Source: Thalia democratica
Taxonomy: Eukaryota
DNA length: 64,000 nucleotides
Direction of reading: 5' to 3'
Assembly (NCBI GenBank): GCA_965202585.1
Contig: OZ241828.1
Span: 53,134,001-53,198,000 of the forward strand
Under the pieces are notes generated by a model. It saw only the letters and a list, made by a program, of their open reading frames with translations. It was not told the origin of the DNA and searched no databases. Shown here in pieces: positions 56,701 through 64,000 of this stretch. The position numbers were made by a program, and so were the translations under genes. Each line of letters begins with the position of its first letter. Position 1 is the stretch's first letter.

Positions 56701-58735
56701 TTAAATTTGTTTTACTATTGAAATAAATTTTAGAGACTTAGATTTTATTATAAAACATTGTTATAATACAAGAAAAAATTGTGTCATTAAAAAATAGGTT
56801 ATTTTTCTAAGTTGAAAAGCATAATCCTTTAAAAAAATAAAACTTAAGTAAACATAAAAATATATTTGATCAATTTAAAACACAATGATAATAAGCCTTT
56901 TTTAATATTGTCACTTAAAAAGGTTTAATTTACTATTTTATAAAACAACTACATAATATAATTTTTTAAATACTTAATATTAATTAATACCTTAGTAGAC
57001 CATAACACAGAAGAATATTAATTTCACATTTTAAAAAGTCTCACGCTTAACAAAAAGTTTATCATTTTAGGTACAAAAGATTTTATGTTCTGTGTTTTAA
57101 GGTCGCATAATGCAAAACTAAATTTAACTAAATATTAGAAATAGTTATTCTCAACTAAACAAAAATATATCCTTAGATTTTTTATATTTCTATTAAAAAA
57201 AACAAACATTGTTATTTTGCTGCATTTTAAACAGCCGAAGCGAATCTAACGTTCCCTTCTGTTCGCCGATGGAGTCGTCCAAATCGGTGGCAATGACGAC
57301 AAACTTCTTGTCTATTTTGACGTCCTGAACTGCCCTGTTGATGTCGAATTTCATTTCGTCGGTGGTTATTATTGTTACTTCTGTTGAAAAATTGAAGTTT
57401 TGTAATACTTAACGTCATAAGATTTATAAAACTTTTTGGCCTTAGCTTGTGATTACGAAAAAAATTAACTTTTTACCTTATAATTGAAAACTTCATTAAA
57501 AAATTTGAAAGAAAAAATAACTCTATTAACTTAATGTCTGTCATCTGTACAATTCAACTATCAACAGGGTTGCCAAATGTATTTAGTAAATTTCTTGGAG
57601 ATTAAAAAAAAATTTTGGTCCAATTTTAGTATAAAATTAAATTTAATAAAAAGTTTGTCTACAAAAGTATAAAAACAAAAAAAGATAATGCAAAGCTACT
57701 TATAACATTTTTTATATAAAAAAAATTAAATGATATAATTTTTTTTTCTTTATTATACATTTTTTGAAACTATGTAACTAAAATTTCGAAACTATACATG
57801 CGAAGTTTGTTTAAAATCTCAGGGTTTTCTAGGTATTTTTTGTCTAAATTCTCAAATTACAGGTTTTTCAAGGATTCCAAGTTTTTTGGAAACAATGTAA
57901 TAAAAAAAAAGTGAAGCAGCTACTAGTACTTAAAAATTATTCAGTAAAACTAAACTAATAAGCAACATGAATAACAATAAGATTTATTAATAATAATAAT
58001 TTTACAACATTAAATATTTATTTTTATCTTTTTAATTACCAAACAAAACATTGGAAGTTTTAAAAACATAAGTAGCAAAAAGATCTAATATGTTTTGAAA
58101 TATTGTATACCAAACAGCTTATATGAGTTTAAAATACTGGAGTTAAAATTAATTTCAAATACAAGTGGTAGCTAAACAGTTTTAAATTATTAAATAAGTT
58201 AAAATAGTTAATCTATTATTTAGTCCACCTTAAAGTAAAAACTTATGAATTAAAAAATATTTAACTTTTTTATATACAAACAGATATTTCAGTCAGGCTC
58301 ATAGCATATCAACTTGTTGCAAAGTTTGAAATATAGTTTACATTTAAGGATATAAAGCTACTTTAAATTCATTACAGAAATAGATTTATATTAACAAGTA
58401 CATATTATCATTAAAGTACAAAAACATTACAAAGCAACAAGAGTCTCAATAATAATTATAAAATATTTAGAAATCATTTATACAGTGCAAAGTTTAAATA
58501 TGTTTTGAAAAATAAAAACTCTTTAAAGTCATAAAAAAGGAAACATAAAAAAAAACACAGAAAAAACATAGTAAATATGAATAAAAAACTCACCTTCGAA
58601 TCCCTGCTTTTCGAGCCACTTGACGGGAAACCAGATCAATTTTTTCTTCCCGATGGGCAGCAGGGGTTTGGGGATGTCCAGGTCTGTGGTTCCCTCCCCG
58701 CTGTTGCCCGCCAGCACTATCGCGTGTAAAGTCAT
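32718..58735 (-). CDS. EIF2B3: Translation initiation factor eIF-2B gamma subunit, 475 aa, 11 exons: 58735-58594, 57380-57208, 55120-54973, 49232-49126, 48570-48455, 46322-46192, 39720-39527, 36684-36583, 36212-36064, 33478-33375, 32779-32718
   Basis: Exons join in frame with GT-AG sites (1428 nt). Nucleotidyltransferase-like N-terminus (AIVLAG...PKPLLPIGKKKLIWFP, GTLDSLR, DILLVNCDMI, DVHLYILKK, SLRKELLP, VNTLASFVQANR) and C-terminal left-handed beta-helix hexapeptides (VKRSVIGKCCKIGNNVTISNSILLDDVTIEDG, IIGSVICNKA). Confidence 0.93.
34283..35462. mobile_element. Non-autonomous DNA transposon, CAGGGTTGCC-ended family
   Basis: Ends CATGGTTGCCAC...GTTGCAACCCTG; subterminal TTTCCTGA repeats; flanks TATACA / TGTACA (5 of 6 match). 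Confidence 0.7.
38063..38444. mobile_element. MITE, CAGGGTTGCC-ended family
   Basis: Ends CAGGGTTGCCAAA...TTCGGCAACCTTA; internal CAGGTTTT repeats; TSD not clear. Confidence 0.6.
41023..41136 (+). repeat. 5' LTR
   Basis: TGTAGGATAA...TTATTCTTCA, identical to 45795-45908. Contains Inr-like TCAGATT (41080-41086) and AATAAA (41097-41102). Confidence 0.97.
41137..41146 (+). promoter_or_regulatory. Putative self-priming primer-binding site
   Basis: TGTAAAATCT directly follows the LTR, lacks the TGG of tRNA-type PBSs, and is the exact reverse complement of LTR bases 41082-41091 (AGATTTTACA). Confidence 0.7.
41171..45382 (+). pseudogene. Gypsy gag-pol, interrupted (gag deletion near 41547, 1-bp deletion near 43228, extra A near 45375)
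   Basis: Protease ADTGAQS; RT motifs RRTVDLSPLN, DAWNGYH, APQGF, CVDD; RNase H (YAAIEGESLAI, TDHK); integrase HHCC (HSAHQG...CQSC) and DDE (FADFF, SDGGPEF, SNGRAE); no chromodomain. Confidence 0.92.
45795..45908 (+). repeat. 3' LTR
   Basis: Identical to the 5' LTR; preceded by the PPT and followed by TSD ATTAT. Confidence 0.97.
46379..46400 (+). mobile_element. Possible Tc1/mariner-type terminal repeat (left end only)
   Basis: TA followed by CAGGGTGGGCCAAAAGT, which resembles Tc1/mariner MITE ends. No matching right end found. Confidence 0.35.
46550..47263. mobile_element. MITE, CAGGGTTGCC-ended family
   Basis: TIRs CAGGGTTGCCAC...GTGGCAACCTTG; flanked by TTATAA on both sides (46544-46549 and 47264-47269); internal CCTGAG/CTGAGT repeats. 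Confidence 0.8.
47610..47918. mobile_element. hAT-type MITE
   Basis: Ends CAGTAATCGTCAA...TTGAAGACCACTG; 8-bp flanks CTAAATAC / CTATATAC (7 of 8); internal GTGTGCAC motifs. Confidence 0.75.
48136..48357. other. 192-bp insert with a long hairpin, flanked by 15-bp direct repeats
   Basis: GATAAATCAGATATA at 48136-48150 and 48343-48357. Near-perfect palindrome at 48221-48342 with a 31-bp perfect core stem. Small hairpin CTAGTGAA-acaag-TTCACTAG at 48192-48212. Confidence 0.8.
49394..50020. mobile_element. Partial CAGGGTTGCC-family element containing a truncated TAGTGAT(G/C)TACCGG-family left end (49455 to about 49600)
   Basis: CAGGGTTGCCACAGAATCAGCTGAAAAAAG resembles the left end at 34283. TAGTGATCTACCGGATCCGG matches the TIR family at 51150. 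No right ends seen. Confidence 0.55.
50662..53452 (+). mobile_element. 5'-truncated Penelope-like element with inverted 3'-end copy, interrupted by a hAT-type insertion
   Basis: RT C-terminal region (KNLIRMLCYRAHKICS.ELFDDEIKQIK...KNGYP) at 50828-51149 continues in frame after removing the insertion and one TSD (VSK-PMFRPGGRDP). GIY-YIG region VVYQFNC..KASYVGMTSRQF..RIKEH...SAIAEHL...LEAICI..RKP ends at 53228. 50662-50820 is the reverse complement of about 53290-53452. Confidence 0.85.
51150..52814. mobile_element. Composite hAT-type element, 1665 bp
   Basis: 16-bp TIRs TAGTGATGTACCGGAC...GTCCGGTACATCACTA; perfect 8-bp TSD ATCCAAAC (51142-51149 and 52815-52822); second left end at 52584; about four tandem ~39-bp CCGGATTCTAATTTGAAAAAAAGTCCGGATCCGG units at 52615-52790. 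Confidence 0.9.
55290..56200 (-). mobile_element. Decayed Penelope-like element (RT C-terminus, GIY-YIG, 3' UTR)
   Basis: Minus-strand frame KVPYIG...KDKTPYELKSNVVYEYKC...YIGFTS*PLVERA*EHL...AVSDH...F.IL...ISEALLIKRYNP.L.KQ, with two premature stops. Upstream NKAFRLCRNKTFL. Degenerate CTGATGA...GAAACGTC motif at 55302-55322. Confidence 0.85.
57565..57897. mobile_element. Degenerate MITE, CAGGGTTGCC-ended family
   Basis: Left end CAGGGTTGCCAAA; eroded right end TTTGGAAACAATG; internal CAGGTTTTT/CAGGGTTTT motifs shared with 38063-38444. Confidence 0.5.
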
Positions 58736-59526
58736 TATTATAACAGTCTGTGGATAAATTGTTTAGATTTTACAGGTTTTGAAACAACAGTAAAAAGTTG
58801 TCAGAACTTTAAGCAGGTTCTGAGCAGACTAATTATAAGATAGTCGTTTTGTAACATTTTATGCTGACATAAAAACGCATTTTGATCAACATTTTTTCAA
58901 CATATAGTTTGGTTAGTGTACTAGTGACTAGATAATTTAGACTAATTTAAATAAATAGTTTTAGTAAAACCTTATATGCTACTAAATACTCCCAATTTTG
59001 AACAATTTGGAAAGTATTTTATTGAAAGGCATAAAACAATTTTTTTTATTTTGCTACTTACAGAATGAGAAAAAAAATTATAGAAAAACAAAAAACTTCA
59101 AAAAGATACTAAGTACAGACATTCAACATTAAATGAAAACTTTATTTTGAAAATCTAGCTTAGTACTAACAAAATAAAGTTAGATTTTAAAATTTTCTAA
59201 ATATCATTGCTATTTAAAAAAAATTACTTTCAAAGTATCTGGAATTCATCTATTTTAATTCAAAATGTTTAAAAAATTTATTCATCTACTTTATACTCAT
59301 GGAACTGCTAGTAAACATATAAAAGTTTAAAAAAATATATTTAAAAGTAAATATGTCTTTTGTTTAAATTAGTTTTTTTCTGTAAGATTTCTAAATAATA
59401 ACTAAATTTTTACAGCAACTGCACAACTAGTTTATAGACCAGCTGAAAATAAAAAAATAACTTAAAATATCAAAAAAACTAAAGCTAGGTAAAACAAAAA
59501 TGATTATGGCTTTTTTTAAGCCTAAT

Positions 59527-60567
59527 TTAAACTAGCTCAGATTTTACTTCAACTGTAATTGTTTGCTTATTTCTTAAAACTGTCAAAACAACCTTTTCAT
59601 TGAGCAACAAAGCCTTACTTATGTCTTGCGTAGACCTTGCTGGCTCCCCATTCACTTCAACAATCACATCTTTTTGCCTCAACCCTGCTTTTAATGCTGG
59701 TGAGCTGTCAGTAACACTGTCAACGTAAAGCCCTTCTGCTGGAGTTTCACTGCACTTGTACATTTGTTCAAGCTGCCCAGCAATGTTCTTTGTCAGTTTG
59801 AGGACCCTCAACCCAATGTGCCTGCGCTTTTCCAAAACCCCCTGCTTGCTGGTGACCTGCTCCACAAACTTCAGAACGTACTCTGAAGGCACTGCAAAGC
59901 CAACGCCAGCAGAAGCTACCAAAGCGTTCATCCCAACAACTTCACCTGACAAGTTCACCAGCGGGCCACCCGAGTTGCCATTGTTTATAATCGCGTCCGT
60001 TTGTATGTAGTAACCCACAGTTGAGTTCTTGGCCTTGATGTCCTTGCTCAGCCTGTTAACATTGCTGAGCACTCCGTGGGTGACAGAGTCTCTCAATGAC
60101 AGCGGACTTCCTACCGCCATCACCCAGTCTCCGACCAAAGTGCTTCCTGCCTTGTTCAGCTTGACTGTCTTGAAGTTTGTCCCATTGATCTTGATGGCAG
60201 CCAGGTCTGAAGAGCCTTGCACATGCACCACCCTACCCTCGTGGTCGCTCCCATCATTCATTCTGACCACAAACTTGTCATGCTTTCCAACCAGGCTTGC
60301 TGCTGTCACAATCAGCCCGTCCTCTGCAACCAAAAACCCAGAGCCGGTGGTCACAAGGGAGCTCCCTGCTGATTTCTGCGACATGCCTTTGATGTTGACC
60401 ACCGCAGGCAAGACTCCTTCTAAGACATCCGCTATGAAGTTAAACTCCCTTTTGTCTTTATGGGCTGCCGCCGCCATGCAAGGAGCTCTTTTGTTCTTTA
60501 GCTTCCAAACAATAAATGAACATATGAGAGTTTTCAGTGGGAGTACAAATCTACTGGTTGTATTCAT
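59527..60567 (-). CDS. Intronless HtrA2/Omi-like protein (trypsin-like domain plus PDZ), 346 aa, catalytic His replaced by Ser
   Basis: Metazoan HtrA motifs FNFIADV, TGSGFLV, SDLAAIKI, GDWVMAVGSP, YIQTDAIINNGNSGGPLVNL.GEVVGMN, and PDZ HIGL...SPALKAGL...DVIVEVNG. The TNAHVV motif reads TAASLV. Confidence 0.9.
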   Translation of the reverse strand: MNTTSRFVLPLKTLICSFIVWKLKNKRAPCMAAAAHKDKREFNFIADVLEGVLPAVVNIKGMSQKSAGSSLVTTGSGFLVAEDGLIVTAASLVGKHDKFVVRMNDGSDHEGRVVHVQGSSDLAAIKINGTNFKTVKLNKAGSTLVGDWVMAVGSPLSLRDSVTHGVLSNVNRLSKDIKAKNSTVGYYIQTDAIINNGNSGGPLVNLSGEVVGMNALVASAGVGFAVPSEYVLKFVEQVTSKQGVLEKRRHIGLRVLKLTKNIAGQLEQMYKCSETPAEGLYVDSVTDSSPALKAGLRQKDVIVEVNGEPARSTQDISKALLLNEKVVLTVLRNKQTITVEVKSELV

Positions 60568-61534
60568 TTTTTGTTTAGCAAGATGACCTTGACTATATAA
60601 ACTTGTTACTGTCCTGATAAATCTAATAAACTTAACTCAATTATTTAAATCAAAAATTAAAACTGTTATTGTTAGACAATAATGTGAAATTTTAGTTTCT
60701 TTCTTTAAGCCAAAGCTTGATTGAGAGAGAAACATATTTGTAGCTATAGAACTATTTTTCACAACTAACGAATTAATTATTTACAATAAAAAATTGAAAA
60801 ACTAAAACAATTTGATTATATTTGTTGAGCAGATAGAAAATTTTACTTTTATAACATTTAATTAGCAAAAATTTAATGGAACAACTTGTATAAGTCTAAA
60901 AAGAATTTAAATAATATTTCAACAATAAAAAATGAAATACTAAACTTTAAATAAAAACTATCCTTAGTTTAACAAAAAAAAGTAGTATAAGGCTAAATGA
61001 ACTTTTAGAAATGCTTAGAAAAACTTCAAACTAAAATGTGTGGCAACTGATGTATTGCTTTTTTAATATTAATTGTTAAATATTAAGTAAGATATAAATC
61101 AAAATCTAAAGTTTTATTTGGGGTTTTTATAGATGAAAAAAAACTATAGTATGAAACAATACTTAAACTTTGATAAAAATTAGTTGTTATATAATAAAAG
61201 AAAAGAACATTGTGTTCAATATGTTTGAAACTGGTTACTTTGGAAACATAATTGAAAAGATTTATTACTGTTTGAGTAGCAATAAAATCTGTTGTTTTGT
61301 ATACTATTCCATTTTTATAGGGTAACATATAAGTTTCAAAATATTTATACATGTCAGTATTAATTTATTTCAAAAGGTGTTTTGAATTTATTAGGTAAAA
61401 TAAAGCCTAAGGATTTTTTTTCTTAATTCAAATACAAGAAGTTTAGTTTCATTATAAGCACAGAATAATTTTTTTTGTTAAAATATACACTTTAAATTAG
61501 ATGATTTCTTTTGGTTAAATTAAAGTACTCTATA

Positions 61535-61858
61535 CTTGGGTTGCCAATCTTTGAGTAAAAAAATTGTAGTCATTTTGAACTGTCTAGAGTCATCTTGAGT
61601 TTTTTAAATCCTTGAGAATTTTTTTTAACTTTTGAAAATCAATAAAAATCAAGTTCTTTTACAAAATATTAAAACTAAATTTCATTCAAAATATAGAAAA
61701 GAGTTGGCATGAGATTTCAATACCTGAGTTTTTTTTAAATAACTTACCTGTTCTGAGTCATCCTGAGTTTATTCAAAAATTTTTAAACTAGCCTGATTTA
61801 TTTGGAGATTAAAAAAAAAAGAAACTATCCAAGTTATCCTGAGTGTATTGCAACCCTG
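61535..61858. mobile_element. MITE, CAGGGTTGCC-ended family
   Basis: Ends CTTGGGTTGCCAAT...ATTGCAACCCTG; flanks TCTATA / TTTATA (5 of 6); internal CCTGAG repeats as in 46550-47263. Confidence 0.7.
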
Positions 61859-62435
61859 TTTATATACAAAGTGGAGCTACATGGATATCAGGGAAATACT
61901 GTTTTGAGCTTTTTTAATTTTCTTTACAAATATTGCATCGTCCATCTCAATAATAAACAAGAAATGAGAAGTGAGTAGTTATGTAATTATAAACACAAAG
62001 CTATAAAAAAAACCTTTTAAAAATACTCCAAAATTTAGAATATATTCTTGAAGTCATGAAAAAATTTAAAATTGTTTTTAAACTTTCTATGAATTTTGAC
62101 AAATTAAGAATACTATCTTATGTAATATAAAAGTATTTATAACCCTTTAACATTTTAATAAACAATTTACCTATCTTAAAATGTAAAATTATGTTTTTCC
62201 AAAAACAGACTTTATTTAAATAAATGAACATGCAATCTTGTTGCTATGTATTTAGTTTTTGATACGTTATCTAGTTCTGAATTAAGGTATTAAATATATA
62301 TGTTTTAATGTAATATATAACATGTTATTTGCAAAGTTAAAGACTTTAAATCTAGTGCTGTTATGTAAATAAAATTATTTTAATAATTTTGTATACTATC
62401 AGTTTAATACATATGAACTAAATTTAACAAAAATT

Positions 62436-62545
62436 TTTTTAGTTGAGTATAATTTAAACAATTTAAGCATTTTTCAATATATTCCAATACTTTTTAGTTG
62501 AGTATAATTTAAACAATTTAAGCATTTTCCAATATACTCCAATAT
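62436..62545 (+). repeat. Two-copy 55-bp tandem duplication
   Basis: TTTTTAGTTGAGTATAATTTAAACAATTTAAGCATTTT...CCAATA repeated, with 2-3 mismatches. Confidence 0.9.
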
Positions 62546-62685
62546 TTTTTAACTTGTTTAACAAAACCTTTCTATCCACACAGTCAAAGAGCTTGCTCTT
62601 ATCGAAATAAAAACAGCACAAACTATATTTCTTTTATCAAACAATAGCAGTGTACTTTTCACATACTTTAATTATTATTACAGTA

Positions 62686-62720
62686 CAGGGTTGCCAAAGG
62701 TTTTTCTTTAAGGTTTTAAT
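62686..62720 (+). mobile_element. Left end of another CAGGGTTGCC-family element
   Basis: CAGGGTTGCCAAAGGTTTTT matches the start at 38063; no right end found. Confidence 0.5.
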
Positions 62721-64000
62721 AAGTAGAAGTTTTTCTGTTTGTTCTAGTCTTAAATTAAGTTTAAGAAAAAAAAAAATGTTTTTAAGTTTTAAAAATATTT
62801 AAAACATACTGTAAAAAAACTTTAAATAAGTTTGATAACAAAATAAAATATATATTTTATTAAAGTGACACTTGTTAGTAGTTTCTTGGAAGTGTTTCAG
62901 AACCTACTAAAACTTGGGTGTTATTTCACTTATTGTTAAACAGTTTTGGGTACTAACTTTAGTGACATGCCTGATTAATAAGTTAACTAATAACAGGATA
63001 ATCTGTATTCTTTAAAAACTTAACAGTAAAATTACCACCACTGGCATTATATAAGCTTAAAAACTTTTTATAATATTAATTTTAAACTTTCATGTAAAAA
63101 CAGTGGCCACTGGTTTTAATAAATTTCTTCCAGGATTTTGAAATAAGAAATTTTTTGTTTCTTTTAAGTAGAAAATTAAACTTAAGGTTAAAAATTATGT
63201 GTATCAATTTATCATGTAACAAAAATTAAATTAGACCAACTTTAAGGACTGGCCTAAGTCAGCCTGAAATAGTATCACAAAAAAGCTTAAAAATTACTGT
63301 TACACAAGAGCTGATTCTGAGTTCACACTGGTGGTAGTGATCACATGATTAGATTGTTGATGTGTTTTTTATTTTATTGCAGGTAGATACTTGCTTTTAG
63401 ATTTGAACTTCCTTGTTTTTTCCCATACTTTGTGGTTTATAGTATTTATAGTGATTATAACTTTGTGAGTGTTTGCCAAGTGATGTTTCACCAAGGGTTT
63501 TTTAGTAAAATAAATTATTTATTTTTTTGGTTAGTTTAATGTTAGTTTCAAGGAGGGAGGTAGAATTAAAGGTAATGAAAAATTGCTTGCTTGACCTTCA
63601 AAAAATGTTTATCATTGTAAAGGGAAGAGTGAGTCTGATGTTATTCCATTATGAAAAAATATTTGTAACATATCATATGTTAAAACAAATTAACTTTGTG
63701 ATTGAAACCTGCTTATGAGTTATATTAAAATATTAAATATTAATCCAAATTTTTGTATAGTTTCAAGGGATGGCTTGAAATTTGTGCATTAAAAAATTAA
63801 ATAGTTTGTAGCTTAAGAGAGACTGATGGTAGCTAACTTTTGTTGCCCATATGGTTAAACTGTTGATCTATTTTGTAGTGTCTGTAACTTATTTTTGTAT
63901 TTGAGCTTTAGTATTTTTTTGTACATTTTGGTTTCAAAAAGGTATATTTTAACTTTATAAGGACTACCTTTGGCTTTTCACATAAATAATTTGTTTATTG

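Noticed and set aside
58736-59526. HtrA-like gene and EIF2B3 as a trans-spliced operon
   Set aside because: Same strand, and a CAG acceptor lies near the EIF2B3 ATG, but the 790-bp spacer is long and nothing in the sequence demonstrates co-transcription.
59527-60586. Bacterial (horizontally transferred) origin of the intronless HtrA; overlapping 185-aa and 84-aa ORFs
   Set aside because: FNFIADV and other motifs are animal HtrA1/2-type; the overlapping ORFs are frame shadows.
63290-63500. Slightly GC-richer stretch with TGAT/CTGA boxes and a TTGCAG acceptor
   Set aside because: Could not build a convincing snoRNA or coding exon; the neighbouring window is needed.

Overview
Very AT-rich, intron-rich animal DNA, probably a tunicate. 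That is an inference from the actin intron pattern at codons 41/113/150/204/246/308, which matches my recollection of ascidian cytoplasmic actin genes. I saw no rRNA, tRNA or CRISPR. Host genes reconstructed by hand from splice sites: (1) the 3' half of a highly divergent actin (+, 1-1545); (2) a 6-exon, 369-aa secreted DBH/TBH-like copper monooxygenase with no DOMON domain (-, 6147-10085); (3) an RNF146-type WWE protein with no visible RING (+, about 12761-13838); (4) a complete 7-exon cytoplasmic-type actin (-, 18908-21786); (5) an inverted pair of decayed BACK-kelch genes; (6) an 11-exon EIF2B3 spread over 26 kb (-, 32718-58735); (7) an intronless HtrA2-like gene lacking the catalytic His (-, 59527-60567). 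The EIF2B3 introns hold nested mobile elements: a Gypsy LTR element with identical 114-bp LTRs inside a Penelope-like relic, a composite hAT-type element inside a second Penelope-like relic, a third Penelope-like relic, and several MITE families. The strongest unexpected signal is in the Gypsy element. It has no tRNA-type primer-binding site. Instead, the bases right after the 5' LTR are perfectly complementary to 10-11 nt inside the LTR that begin at an initiator-like A. This is the signature of Tf1-style self-primed reverse transcription, here in an element that does not look like a chromovirus.
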